The notes beneath the pieces are model-generated. The model saw only the letters and a program-made list of their open reading frames with translations. It did no database searches and was not told where the DNA came from. A DNA stretch of 58,642 bases, counting the filler, from Sphacelaria rigidula (lineage: Eukaryota), in NCBI GenBank assembly GCA_964200075.2. It is 4 parts of 4 records of this genome, joined end to end, with 100 filler letters (N's around TTAATTAATTAA, not from the genome) between each part and the next. Parts side by side here need not be neighbours in the genome. Positions count along the whole stretch, not along the records: positions 14,690 to 29,276 come from CAXNAA020002161.1; positions 29,377 to 43,959 come from CAXNAA020002162.1; 2 more parts are not named here. One strand, 5' to 3'. Numbering within the stretch: the first letter of the stretch is position 1; each line of letters starts with the position of its first letter. Below are positions 24,630 through 38,897 of the stretch, piece after piece. The position numbers and the translations under genes were made by a program.

Positions 24630-27600
24630 TCACCTCTTGGGGAGGGCGTTCATGACAGCCACTGCATCCCACGTAGCCGCCACTAGAGCCTCGTGCACGG
24701 CTTCGTTCTCGATCGACGCCCTAGACTTGCCACCTGCCAAACGCCATAACGTGTGCGGGTCATTTGTGAAGGGAATACACAGAAACATGTACACTCTCAC
24801 GCCATCAAGGGCATCTGCAAAACAAAATCCGGGCTCTCCCCCAAACTGGACTGACTCACTGGCCATCTACACACCATCTCCTTCTGATAACAGAGGGGTT
24901 GAAATAATTGAAAAATATTGCCGAGAGTAAGATGAATGACACCGTCAATGATGACAAAAATAAGAATGATGATAGATAAATGAGTGATGATAAGTCAATG
25001 ATAAACCATGATAATTAAGCTTATAATGAATGAACGACTGCAACAATTAAAAAAACTGTTGATCTTTCTTCTGTGCAGTGTTTCGCCGATAGAAGAAGAA
25101 TAGATAAAGCCCCTACGCCCGCATACAAGAATTAATGTACACGAAATGAGCTTGCACCAGTCGCAAAGTACTCGCAGCTCACCCGGGTGGCCAGGCCTAC
25201 ACGGAGGAGCATATGTCCAACACGCTGCACCGGTGGAAAGCTGTGTTCAAGGCGGACTGTCGGTGGTAGTTTTCGGATGAGAAGGTGATTAGTTTCCGCG
25301 TTGACCGGTCTGAACGGGTGTTGCTCTGTGGAGGTTCCTCGTGGCCAGAATGGTACGTGATGGTAGGTACGCAGACGGGTGGCGGCCACGCCAAGTCATC
25401 AGGGGTCGCGCGATGCGCACGGGATAGTCCATGATGCATGCAGTCCATCTGAAAAAAAACTTTCTCGATTCGTTAATGCGGCACAATTCATTGAGGCGAT
25501 TGACTGCAGCCATGTCTGGTGCTGGGCCAACGCTGCAAAGTGCATCTTGATTTCAGTATAAAACTTGATGATCCACCGCACCGCTGCGATGGTGGGTACT
25601 GTGCTCAAGTGGTATTGTCCCGCACGATACTGCACACCGTTGTGCACGGCCCAATACCGCATATGATGGGATGGGGAGGGAGCTCACTGTTGTGTGCTGC
25701 CCTGTGCCGCTGTGTACTGTACTGGAGTGTCATGTAGTGTACCGCCATGGAGTAGGAAGTGCCGTGAACGATCCAGTGCAGTGCACTGTTGGACGACAGT
25801 ACACGACACACCATCTTGTGCAGCCGCTGCCGTCGGGTGCTGGATTCGAGCGCATCGTAACGATCTTTCCTGTACTAATTACGTTGGGCCGCGGTCACGT
25901 ACGGGGTCCAGCGCGATGACAACACAGAACACGCTGTTGCGTGTTGCCCGACAGTGTCATGTATTCTCCGCGATCGCGACTCGCCTGTTACGTGCTACAA
26001 AGTGTCGCACACGTTGGACTTCTGACTTTAGTCGTTTGTACTGATCTGTACTGCCCTTTGCCGTTCTGTTAGGCACGGGACTGTTTCGTATTTTGCTGAA
26101 CTGCACTGCAAAATGTCGTACGCGGTCCGGTATTCTGTACTAATGGGCACCGCCACATGCGCCCATGTACTGCATTGCACTGTATTTTGCTGCCCATCAC
26201 ATTAGTGCCCTGTACTGTATTATATGGTGGATTCCGTCACAGCGTACTGTTGTGTGCTGCCCCCTGCCGTGGAGAACGGTTACAGTAGGTAGACGGCCTC
26301 GATTGTCGGATATTTCATGGCACCGTCTGCATGCGGCGGCGTGCGCAACTTGCCTGCAGGTCTGCGACGATGAACATGCCTTGCGAAGAACTTCGCCGGA
26401 GCGGGCAGCGATACGGACCACGAGCACAGAGGGGAGCGTCCAACGAAAGACAATTTTGTTGCAAACTCGTCAGAGCACGCCTACATCGACCCCGCGGGAA
26501 AGACCAAACGGCTGTTGTGCGGATGCAACCCCGTTGCGGCGGAGAAGCACAGATGGCAAGCGCAGTTGCACGTCCGCCAGGTTAGGCGCAGGTTGCCATC
26601 CCTTCCCGTGTGGGTGCTAGGGGCGGCGCGCTTCGCCTGCCCCTGAAGAATACGGATCACCCCCTGGAGGGTTACCGATTCAAGGTGTACTCCCTGTAGG
26701 TTTACTTGGTCGAGGGTCAACCAGTCGAGGGTAAACCACTGATGGGTTACCCACTCATGCGTTACCCATCCTAGGCTTCTCCCCGAAGGATTATTCGCGG
26801 AATGGTTTGGAATGAAGCTGTGCGATGAGAGCGAGGCAGGAGATACGAGGAGCGCGCAGGAATCGACCAGTGAGGATGCAGGATCGGAGTCTGGTTGCGG
26901 CCAGTCGTTGGAAAGCGATCATGATCCTGAGCGGGAGGGGGGCGGGGGCGTGAAATAACGATATTGGGGGCGGGTTTTACTGGCGTGATGGAGTGGAAGT
27001 GATGTTGAAGTGAGATGCTTTTTAAAGACGTGGTGAGGATATGGTGCCGCCATGGGGGTGGTGTGTTGTGCAGAGGTATCCTGAACTTCATCTGTGTTTT
27101 TGTTGGTGTCGCGGACATATGAATACACGGTGTCGAAATACTGCCACGCCTTTCCGCTCCTTCCAACGGGTGGGGTTAGCACGTACGCCCAGGCTCATCG
27201 TGTTGGAATGGGTGCGGTTCACATCTATGCCATGTAGCTCGACTTAGTCAAGACGGTAGAGTACTTCACTGATGATATGGGGTCTTTACAGTAATTTATT
27301 AGGAGCGGTAGATGTTCGGAAGGGTTTTTGTACGCCACCGCTCATACCGCATCTCGAAAGACGGGGGTGTACTGTCTGACCCGGTGGAGATACCGGAGCA
27401 AAAATTGTGTCGACACGGGATATTGATATCCTCACATACCCCCCTTTTGCATATTTGCTCGACGGGGCGCTCCCAGACGTATACGCTAACAGTTATACAG
27501 GAACATTCACGTTGATATGGAATTTCGACGCCGTCGTAGTGCTCGAGCCGTCAAGTTTTTTTTTTCCTTCCGGAACAGTGCGTGTCGATAGCAACAATGT

Positions 27601-28720
27601 CGGGATAATACACGCATCCGCTCGGGAAGCGAAGCGAAATGAAGGGTTCTAGGGACTCGATATTGGGCTGACGGGCTACGGTGACAGCGGCTGTTCTTGA
27701 CCCATCGCCACATCCGTGGATGAAACGTTCCCTGGGATGAGCTGTGCCCCGAAAAAGAACAAGTCATGGCAAAGATGCGGATTAACGACGATGTACACAA
27801 TACCTCCGTTTCAAGTTTATCGAGATATGTCATATACTGCAAACGTGCCATTTCACCCCTTCGTACGTATAGTGCCAACTGTAATGGATCCGATGTGCTG
27901 GTGGGGCGGGGCGATGTGTGAAGAGGAGACTCGCCACATATGGTTATGGGGAGATGGGGGTAGGTAGTTGAAAGGCAGTGCGATTGAACGACGGATCGCG
28001 CCGACCCCCGGTGGACACAAACAGTAGCGTTTTTTTAAATACTCTTGATGAGAGAGTTCTGCCATGATTTCGCTCTTGCCGCGATGGCTACGGCGGCAGT
28101 GTCGGTACCCACATCTTGTGTAATGTCCGTGGAACATGATTCCATCACTAGTCTCACTCGTTCCATCGTTCGCCTGCACTTTATCGTGCTTGCCATCCGT
28201 GATATGGTTTCCGCCAGGTCACCGCACGGGTGGTCGACGAAGGGGGTCGCAGGTGACGTCCATGACCCCGGCATGGCGCCAGGCAGCGTGCGGTGCTCGT
28301 TCCCATCATGCTTGAAAAATTGGTCGCTCAAGGATGATCATTCTGACCAATTACGGCCGTCAAAATAAGCACGTAGTTCCCGTACAGGTGGACGACAGGC
28401 GGGCTACTTCCCTGTCTACGGGCATTTCCACTTTTGGTCATGGCCATTCAACCATACATTACATGGGCAGCGGATGTAGATTTTTCCGGCATTTGTAACC
28501 GAGTGGGCGACACAGTATTCACTGAGCGTCGTGCCTTGTGCGATAGCGGGGTTGCAGACGAAGGCCATGGGCCTGTATCGTACGACGCCGGAGCTCGGTC
28601 CGGTTGTGGAGTCGGCACTTGTGGTGTAGGTCGCTGTTGTTTGTGTCATGGCTACGGTTTGGGGGCTATGTGAAGAGATCTTCGAGACACACGTCCGAAC
28701 AGCGGTCGGCGAAAGTAGCA
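24630..28720 (-). pseudogene. Degenerate coding-like region, probably a decayed large transposon or pseudogene
   Basis: Several acceptor-preceded, protein-like segments (e.g. ttgcag|DALDGVRVYMFLCIPF...NALPKR* ending at 24630) are broken by stops and frameshifts. No family motif recognised. Confidence 0.3.
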
Positions 28721-29276
28721 CACAGGGTACAGATGTTCAAGGCATGAATGGAGGACACATGCTCACTGTGCTAGACTTTTATTTATTTATTTTTTACCGG
28801 CGGATGTATGGTTCAGTAAGACCATGTTTACGCATGCGTGGAGTAATGCCCCATCCCCGACTCTGCGGGCACGAATGGATGGTGCGCAATAATCCCTCCA
28901 TGACGGGGCTACTTGACCAGAACCCGAGGGAGGTCATAGTTCCTCGCTCTCCCTCCTCGTTACCATCAGGTTGTCCTTTCTTGTTCTTCTTGTATTTTTT
29001 TGATCTTCCTATCTAGCGTTGTTTAGTCTCCGGTGCGTAGGCTCTGTAGAGCATCTCTTTGAACAACACTCCAGACAATATATCTATTTTGGGATTGGTC
29101 TCTCTTCTATGCGACAGTTTCGATTTCGGCTCACTCGCTGTTACTTTGTGTACACCAGTACGTGGTAAAGTAGTCGGAGAGGTCACACGCGGGGACTGAT
29201 TCCAGTACAAGTAGGTCTCCTGTAGTTCAATCCGTCTCCTACGGATCTTTTGTAGTGTAGGTGCCCTTTTTTCGTG

Positions 29277-29376
29277 NNNNNNNNNNNNNNNNNNNNNNNN
29301 NNNNNNNNNNNNNNNNNNNNTTAATTAATTAANNNNNNNNNNNNNNNNNNNNNNNNNNNNNNNNNNNNNNNNNNNN
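29277..29376. other. Artificial scaffold-joining linker
   Basis: 44 N + TTAATTAATTAA + 44 N. Confidence 0.97.
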
Positions 29377-30140
29377 AAAAACCCGGGGGCCCGCTCCCGG
29401 CTTTTTTTGGGGCGCGGGGAACAGGCCCTAACACACTAGGCCCCCCCCCCCCCCCCTCCTTCCTGGCTCAAAAAGGACGGCCACTCCTCCTTCGTGGAAA
29501 CCGTTGGATTTTCAGTCAGAGATACTATCCAAAAACGCAGACGACAATCAAAACGGTCGCCGTACCGTACAAACGCTCCTGCGGTGAAGATGCTTTTTAT
29601 CTTTGCAGGAGTAACCCATGCTGAATGTTGGAAATATTACAAACGAAGAAACTACAGCATAAACATAACACTTTTGACTGTTTTTGCTACCACACATGAA
29701 ATCATTATTTCCACTGACTAAAACCGTCTTGGCTGAGAATACCATCGTCGGAACACACAAAAACACCGTTAACTAAGGGGCAAGGACTGATTCTGACTGC
29801 TACTCAACATTCGCTCTACGAAACCGAATAAGCACACGATAAACGTTGTTTTTTTACAACCGAACAGGCGTCGAAAAGTTTATTTTCCGAAAAAATGCTG
29901 AAACATAGGTCAAGGGAAGGAAACGAGAATAGCCTTTCACTACAGAACTCCTGCTCCTTCCTCAGCCTGCCACCAGCCTTGACCAACACGAGCCTGCTGA
30001 ATCATTGCTGTGCAAAGGGAACAAAATGTGAAGCGCCCCGAGCCGAACTGAACGACCTAAGTCATTGCTATAACCTTGCTATACCAACGGACGCCAAACA
30101 AAACCACAAAAATAAGGGAACTGATGTTCAGCATGGGGGT

Positions 30141-30185
<45 letters not shown>

Positions 30186-30872
30186 CCCACCACAAGAACA
30201 CCACAGAAAGGCACCACGGCACACAGAGCAAAACACANNNNNNNNNNACGATTGGTAAAAACTTGCTAAAACCAACGACCCCAAAAAAAACCCCAAAAAA
30301 AAGGGAGACTAGGTGTAACATGGGGGGTCCCCCCCCCCCCCCCCCCTCCTATACATGATCAAAAGGTCAACGAAGCACAGGAAGGGATTAGAATGACACC
30401 CGGGCAGACATTTCCAAAAATATGGAAAACTCTGAACAAAAAAGTAAGTGCATGCACGGAAACCAACCAGAAGGTTTCATTGCCTTTGATGTCGCTGCGC
30501 ACACAGGAGACTCAACCGTCACCCCTTGGGTGCAAGATACAGCAGATCGACCCCGGATCGGGCACTGGAAAGGACATGCGAAAACAACTACTTTGGTGAA
30601 ACATTAGGAGTAAGAGGTTGGGGACCTCGGAGTAATACCCCAGGTATGCTGTCACCAGAGATGGAGCTCACGAAAAAGAGAGGAGCTTATCAGCAGTAGC
30701 GTCGGACCTGCTGGTGTTGAAGACCAGCCAGCGATGGTCTTCCGAAATGCGGCTTGATACTCGAAGGGGTAATCAAATCTCCACCCTGATCGAAGAAATT
30801 AGAGTGTGACTTCTCCTGACCGAACAGTGGATCATGTAGATTCCTCTTGGATTCAATTCATGAACGGCAACA

Positions 30873-33800
30873 CTACGAGGCAAGCGGCTGTTGTAGTGGC
30901 ACAACGCCGTCTTCATTCACCACAAAGTCCTGTTTCTCTCTGCTCCCTACCAGCCACGACCTAAATGTCGGCGTCAACAGCATGGCTTCTCGTCTTTCCC
31001 GGTACTCAGGATTGGCTCTCCTTTTGCGCTGCCAATACGACAATCGCTCCCGACCCGCACCACTACCGCGGCCATCATTCCCCTCCGCAGTCTCAACCCC
31101 AGTCGGCGTTTGTGGTAGCTGCAACCCAGCAACTTCTTCAGCTGCTTCAAACAAACGAGCGCGGCATAGGCGTGACCTACTCGACAGGTGAGGAGTGTGC
31201 GAAGGAGAGAGGAGGAGGTGGTGCGAAGGGGACGCCGACGTGAGACAAACGCCAAGATGAATAACCCGAACATGACATTTCGAATGCCCTTCACGCGGGC
31301 ATTGTAGCATGCTCATGGGGATCAACACCCTTTGATGTGTGGGGCGACTGATGACAAAAACAACAAGATCTCTTCAAAAAAGGAAAGGGTCTTCATATGC
31401 TTGGTAGGTAACATGACCTCCGGTGCAGAGACATGTTACGAGCACGAACATCAAAATGTGCAAATTAGTTTCAAGCGCAGAATTGCGGGGTATGCCAGAA
31501 CATGGAGCCATTTTTTTTCAATCTCTTTTGTGACTGGCGACAGCAACGAAATTTGTACTTAAAACAGGGACGTGATATGCTTGACGAGGCTCGTGATCTC
31601 AATGTGGAACCCAAGTATTGCGAACAAACATGATGTCTCGAACAATTTCTAACGTATGGGTTGCGGTATGCTCACCAGGATACACATTTTGCGACTTGGG
31701 ATGACTGCAAGAGCGGCTGTCGGTTGCAAAATCCTCCAAAGAACGTCGTACGATCAACAGCTACAAATCCGCACACTAACACCCTAAGCGTGGACCGCGA
31801 ACCCAACTCTCGACGCCACGAGTTCCCGTTTGGGTAATCGGGGGTTTCCATGTGAAACGCCAGCTAGGGCGCCACAACCATTACTTCTCGCTAGGCAGAG
31901 CTACTTGCTCGCCAAGAGCTGCCACCTTGCGGACACGTGACCTCACCGTAGCGCCGCCGAAAGGTGGAAGTGTTTTCGATACGATATCCCGCCAAGATTT
32001 GTTATACAAGCGGGACACTCCAGCTGTACAAGCGGATGTCTGAAATCGACGAGATCCCCGGTTGGAAAACATGGCACGCGGGGGAGGAGAGGGTTGGTTG
32101 CATACTCCATCACCCCCCCCTGACACTACTGGAGTGATTTACGATAAAAATTAGAGTGCACCCGTGGAAAACTCATTTTTTTATTAAACTGAAGAAAAAT
32201 GGCAACTTCAGGCGATCTTTTCATGACTTGCGCTCGAAAAATGTGACGACGAGCTCCGATGATGTACAAGGGCCATTTTTCTTCTTATGCCTGTTCACCG
32301 CGTAGGTTTGGTAGTCGGCAGATGTGACAACTGCGGAGTTTTGCGTCAAATATCTTAGCGATGGACCCCGCAGATGCTAAGAGGTAGCAGAAGCGGCTCT
32401 TTGCCGCGCACGCTTCGTTCTCCACCAAAACAAAGTGTCGCTTCTGTGGCACCCTTGTCCTGTACGGTTCCTCTGGTACGGATGCACTCGGGTTCTGCGG
32501 CAGGTCTGTTCACCCAGTGCGATCTCATTCGACGTGGACAGTATAGACAGTACAATCCCGAACTGGTGATTACCAGTGACGTAATGGCGCGAAGTGATCC
32601 ATGTCCGATCTAAATGGATGTGGACATTACTAGGTTCGCGACACGCCCGCACTGTACGTGGAGGATCGGCTGTACCTGTAGCTAAATCTGAACTCTGCGG
32701 AAGGGGAATGGACCTTACAGTATGCACCGCACAGTTCGTGCCTAGCATCGGATCAATAATCGGAGTTTTAGCTGCCACTGCATTGAGGAAGCAATCTCTG
32801 TGTGTTTGGTTCCCGTTGGTTTACTTTGAGCGTCACGGCACGAACATACATACAGTGATAAATCCGGCGTACAGAACAGTACAGCAGCACAGCTTGGCAC
32901 TATGACTCGGTGTCGCCCAACAGTTCGGGAGTGACAGTGTCTTTGTAACTGTATTTTGTCCAAAGTTCAGTCAGATCGAACATTAGTCACTTGGCGTCAC
33001 TGTACAGGTAGTCATCACTTCGGGAGTGCGGAGCAAATAGCAACTTCTACTGCCTTTTGGCATCTGCGGGGGATCATCGCCAAACGATGTTGAGCAGAAC
33101 TCCGTAGCTGTCGCATTGGCGGAATGAAAACCGCGGCAAAAGAGGTAGGAGGCACGGTTCTTTTCACCTGCGGAGCTTGTCATCTTCTTTCTAGAGCGAA
33201 ATTTCAGTATTTGTCGCTCGCCACGGTCAGATAGTCTTCGAGGTTTACATACACCAATCGAGTTCGTCACGATCACATGTTTTCACACCCCCGACAACAG
33301 ATTGCGTTGTCAAGCAGTGTATTGTATACAGCATCGACATTGCGTCTACCGCAATGGACAATAGATTCCATACTGTACGCAGCATACTTCTTGACGGTGA
33401 AATCTATCGTCCAAGGTTTAGCGATATAGTTTATATTGCTACCGAAGTTGCACCCTGAGTTCTCCCATGCTTGGTCAGGAATACCTGAACGTGTCACTCT
33501 ACAAACAAAACACAAGTGGATGAGGGCTACGATTTCTGCAGTAGTGCCCCCCCTCCCCCCCCCTCCCCCCGCCCTGTTTTCACATGTACCTCATCCGCAA
33601 ATTCAGCACCCCTCGACAAGTGGCGCCTTGCATCCTTCCGGTAGCCGACAGCGTGACCTCAGCATCGATGCTCCCGTTCTCCCATCCGCTCGCACCTAGC
33701 CGCAACCCCTTCCCATCGCTAACACCAACACCTCCACCTCCACCTCCACCAGTGCCGAGTCCACTGATCCAATTGATCGACGTGCCGCTGGGCACGGCTG

Positions 33801-36800
33801 TTGATCGATGTCTGCGGAATTTGCCTTTTCTCTCCCCGCTGCAACCGTGACCAGTTTTGAGGGTATATGGTTTTGAAGTTGAGGGGGTAGGAGAGTGGAT
33901 CCCGGTGGTATGCTGTTGTGACCCTGACGCTAGCTGGCTAAGAACTCGCTGCTCGGCCTGCATACATTTATATATGAACACAAATATATAGCGGCACGGC
34001 GCGTGATGAACCGGAACCGCTCGGGCGAGGCTGTTTCGTTAGTCCCTCGGGCATGAGATGCCATGGGCGAACCATAGGTGGGTCACCGAAGAAACGTGCC
34101 ATATATCTGCTGTAAATGAACACAATACGTGAATCAAGCGCTGAGAACTACAAATTATACAGTATGCCATCATTAAGTATGCTGCTTGCAAATGGACAGG
34201 TGCTAGTCAGGTACCGGGTCGGGGTTGTAGCAGCCTTCAAGGTCGGCCGGTGGTATCGTTCCGAAAAGAAGCCTGGCGCCTGAGCGGTTAGATGCAACCA
34301 TGCAGCACTCGTGTAGTTAGACCCTGATCGAAATCGAATCAGCACTACGTTCAGACCCTCCTCAATGTGTGTCCCGGTGTTGTACAGAGTGTACCATCCG
34401 AGCCCAAAAGAAGTACCGCATACAATGACTCCCTGCGCTTTGGCTCCGTTGGTTGCCCCGCCGCGTCCGGCGGACAGCGTACCTGAATCTTGCTCCGGTC
34501 AAACACAACGCTGGTGACCAAGATGCTCATCGCCCCCGCGCCACTATTCGCGTTAGATGGTTCCGCCTGTTCCGAGGACAGTTCTTGGAAACATTCCAAC
34601 GCTCGCGCGGGCACCGCACGCTGCAGCGCCTTCACGAGGGGGGCGGGGCCATTTGTGCGCGGGTCTGCCCCCACAACGATTGATGAGAGAAATAGTGGGT
34701 CTACCCACGACGCCAACAATCCACCCTGGATTCCATCGAGAGCGCGCATGCATTCATCAATCGTCACGCATCACGAAAAGGCATATAGTGGGGATCCTTC
34801 AGGGCGGTGCAGTGCACGCAAAAGTTGTTGGCCTTCAAGGTGGGACTCAGCCTTGAAGTGGATTAGGCACCTACCGGAGGTAATGGTGCAGACATGCTTC
34901 TATGCGTTGAAAAGGACCACCTTGAAGGGGGACACACACACCACTTTAATCACACAACAACACGTTGAGCAACCCCGCCGGGTACATTACACAAATGCTG
35001 CACACGAGATTGACGCTCCAGTAATAGTTTGTCATGTAATAGGGTTTTCAGCGAGCGCACCTACATCGAAGCATCAGGCTAAATGTACAAGGCACTTGAG
35101 ACAAAAAAAGAAGCGTGAAACGGTTTTTGGTTGAACAGCGGTGGCGCATTACGTACTCTTGCGCACGAACACAACGTGCACCATGTAACACGGCACAAAA
35201 ACACATTGGTGGTGTGCTGACAACGACGCGGTGGGAGGAACTAAGTGGAACCGAGGCGATATCGATACAAATACTGCGGCAAGGGATATGGAATATGGGA
35301 ACATAGGTACGCAATGCAACGCCAGGGTCGTTCAAGCGTGATGAAGTACTTTTGTTATCTCGGTAATACAGACGGCGTCCTGTAAAAATACGACGCTCTG
35401 GCTTTACCTTAGTTTTGTCCCATAAACTGCATGCGTCCGAAATCATGTCACACCGGAGATACAAAGTGAAAAAACAAACAGTGCTGAGGTGAGCAACGCA
35501 GACGGCGAATGAAGCACCCCGTCCACACGGCGGTGGAATATGCAGCACTTACAGGGTTGAGCAAATGTCAATCAACTCATGAGCGTGCGGTCCTGTCGGA
35601 AGACGGTGAGCATAATTAATCGTTTCTCCCGCAAATGTCCGCCTGAAAAACAGTTCAATTACGAATACCCGTTCAACACCGGGGGCAAGCGCCCGCCGCC
35701 ACCGTTCAGGTGGTCGTGGCCCTACAGGCAGGGGCATCATTCTGTACCGGGATACACGTATTCCCGCAAAAACGGATAGAGCCGGTAACGGGTTCTCACC
35801 ATTCTATGTTTTAGGCACGGCGATGCGCATATTTTGCCGACGAATGGTCCTTTGGAGATCAAGCCATGAACACTCGAACCATGCGGCGGGCGCATGCACC
35901 GAAACTTGGAGGGTTGTCATAATTCGACCACTTCTTATGTGGAAGTGCGGAAAATCGTCTTATCTTGCTCCAAAGACCAATCCTCTTCTGACAGGACCGC
36001 ACGGTCAAGCATATCTTTCGCATGCGGTGTGCGCTGGATAAAATGGTGTCGCATTTATCGTCTTGTTTAATACACAGGAGAGCATTGGGAAAGTAGCTTG
36101 CCTGTAGGCCTAGCACCGACCACTTCGCCAGCTTATCGCTGCAGGACATGGACAGAGTGCGCCCTTCTTCGGATATGTTACTCCTGCTAGACTTTATCCG
36201 TAAAACACCGAGCGTCTGTTCCTGTTCTCGAACAATAGGTATACCAACGTCCTCCGTCCACTTGGCTTCATCCCCCTCGTCGCTCGATGCCGGTGCACAG
36301 CTGTCTCCTCCTAGCTGGTCGGCGCCCGGAGCATCAGCAGCAGTCTCCCCGACCGCGGGAGCAATCTTTGCGCCTGTGAAGGCCATCCTGACGGTAGCGA
36401 GTGTTGCTTTTCTGTCCGTGGTTGACAATTTCCTTCCAGCTGCCATAGCTGTCAAGGGGGTTTCGCTTATTGTACCCGATTCCGTGGTCTTGGTGGATGT
36501 TGCTGTGGGCGTTGGTATCACCGTCTCGTTCCCCACAACCGTTGGCGTTGTCCCGTTGGTTGTTCCAGTCGTTGTTATTTTCCTTCCGGTGGACACGGGC
36601 ATGTGCATTGTCACTTCGGATGGTATTATCGCAGCCGTGTCTAAACATAGATCACTGCTGCTTCGGCCTTGCTGTGCGCTCCCGTTGTCGTCGGCCGCAG
36701 AATATTCCTGTGTATTGGCGTAACGGTGCCTCTTGATACCACGATCAGTACCACTCCCTGCTGGCACAGAATCGAGCTTCGAGATTCCGGGTGCAATATA

Positions 36801-37634
36801 TACCGCCCTTTCGCTACTGCCGGTGAATGCACACCCGTGTTCTACCCCGCTATCGCTCGTCACATCATGTACTTGTCTGGGGTACTCATTGCCGCGCGTG
36901 TTTTCGGTACTTCCGGCGCTGTCACCACCAGCGCTACACGCTGGTTCTTGCGCCAAGACTTGCGTCGGAGCTGGCGCCGCTGGCGATACCTGCTCGTAGA
37001 TTGACGCGTCTCCGCAAGGTGGATCGCTGATGTAGAGGTGTAGCCGAAGGTTCGGCTTTAATCTCCACGCTCCCCGACCGTTGGGCTCGAGCAGAAGCAT
37101 CATTTCATCTTGCGGTTTGATGGCAATCGACGATGCGGCGATTGTGTTGCTGCTGGCGCCATGCTCTTCGTTTTTTTCTTCCGGCGGCGGCGTACCGGTT
37201 GGGCGTTGTCGCGGCGTGTCAATACTTCCGTCTGTTGTAGGGGACGAGGCGGTGTCTTCTTTTCCATCACATATATTTCTGCTTTGGAGGCAATTAGTGC
37301 TAGGCGGGATGTTGCTGCCAACCGTCGACTTGGTGTCGACGACGCAGGACGCATCTGCAGTTTTTTCGTGTGATGCCTTCCAAGCCGTGCCCGCTGCTGC
37401 GTTGCATCGATTCTTCGGGTTTGCAGAACGTGTTCGGATATGGAGCTCCTTCCATAGTCGTAGCATCAACGCACGCCTAGCGAGGATCTGTTGTGTCAGG
37501 GGGGGGGGGGGGGGGGAGGGGTTTTGGTTTTTTTTCTTGGGGGTTGTTTGGGTTCTTGTTTTTGAGTTTTTTTTTTTGAGTTACGCCCCTNNNNNNNNNN
37601 GTCGGGGTTCCGGCTGCGCCAGGGTCGATCCCGG

Positions 37635-37687
<53 letters not shown>

Positions 37688-38897
37688 GCGGTTTTGGTTT
37701 CTTTCCTTGTGGGTTGTATGGCTTCATGTTTTGGAGTTCCTGCTTTCGAGATACGCCCCTACCGTAGTCTTTCCAGGGAAATCTGGACGCCAAGTGAAAC
37801 GCATAACAGCTTCAAGGGGGATTCTCAACCCGCCCCGACGCGGCAGCATATCAGTAATTGTGCTCATCAGCACACGTAACATGTGAAACACGCTCGATGT
37901 CTTGGAGCATCTTTATCTACGGCGCACAGGTATCCCTGCAGTGGGAAGGGAAGCTCGACCAACCTCGGCGTGAGAATCGTGAACCACAGATCCATCCTTA
38001 GATATCTTGCCTTTGCCAACGCACTTGTTCCCGGTCGCGAGGCTCACGACGCGTAGGGTGCGACCGGGGGCCTGTGTGTTTGCCGCGTGCAAATGAGAAA
38101 GGTATTGGAAAAAATCCAAATCAGACACGAGTTGTTTCCAGGAAACCCGGCTTGTTGACGTTTGTCCGGCACAGGCGGGCTAACAGCTTGTGATCTCGGG
38201 TACGGTAGACGTGGAACGTTGATTGCTTGAGCAACAGCAAATGTAAACTGGTACACTTCACTACAAGAGTCCATATCCTCGGTAATGTATTGCATTGTCA
38301 AAAAGTGTACAGTACTGTGTACGTCATACAGCATCGACTGTTGCGTCTACTGCAATATAGGCAACATATTCCGTACTGTACACAGTACACTTTTCCCTAA
38401 TGTAACAATAGTCTGTTGTCCGGGTTGTGCAGCAGTAAGTACACGGATAAGTATGGGCAACCTTTGCTACGAAAGATGCGCCTCGCTGCATGTCCCTTGT
38501 GAGTCGTCCATGTGTCTTCGCCATGTACTCTAGGTACACGCAGCAGAGAGGTGTAACTATTGGATGACAACAGCAATTTGAAAGTGCAATAGTGGATGTG
38601 CCATCCGCCAACAGGAGAAATTCGTCACATGCGAGCCACCGACACACGTGGAACATATGAACTGCCCCTTCTCGCATACCCTCCACACACAGGGAACAAC
38701 ACTTCACAAGGCTTTAGCGGTACACATCACCTCACCGCGGTAGTATCTTCTGCTACGATGCCGGCCAGCACGCTCCACTCCCGCCCTTGTGGCTTTCCTC
38801 GAGGTCGGAGACTGTTGAAGCGACCAACCACCGCGGACGCAATATGATCACCAAATTGCTGAGGATAAGATTGTGTTGATGATTGTAGTGAAGTCAT
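30873..38897 (-). CDS. ADAT1: tRNA-specific adenosine deaminase 1 (A37-to-I in tRNA-Ala; A_deamin domain, no dsRBD), 6 exons, 856 aa
   Basis: Exons 38897-38736, 38071-37964, 37487-36102, 34725-34483, 33957-33590, 31176-30873 (2571 nt, phases 0,0,0,0,2). Motifs: ADAT1-type N-terminus (DHIA...RGKPQGREWSVLAGIV), SLATGNKC, DSHAE|ILARR, PPCGDASI, TLSMSCSDKLAKWSVLGLQ|GGLL...LSSIVVG, PSGTSINW, SRLCR, Y..RK...PEY...W. Confidence 0.92.

Noticed and set aside
30141..30350. Poly-Pro/Gly ORFs around C/G homopolymers and 10-N gaps (also 37500-37690)
   Set aside because: Low-quality sequence next to assembly gaps.
35859..37469. 536-aa ORF as a standalone gene or as ADAR
   Set aside because: It is exon 3 of ADAT1 plus intron read-through. 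No dsRNA-binding domains are seen and the N-terminus is ADAT1-type.
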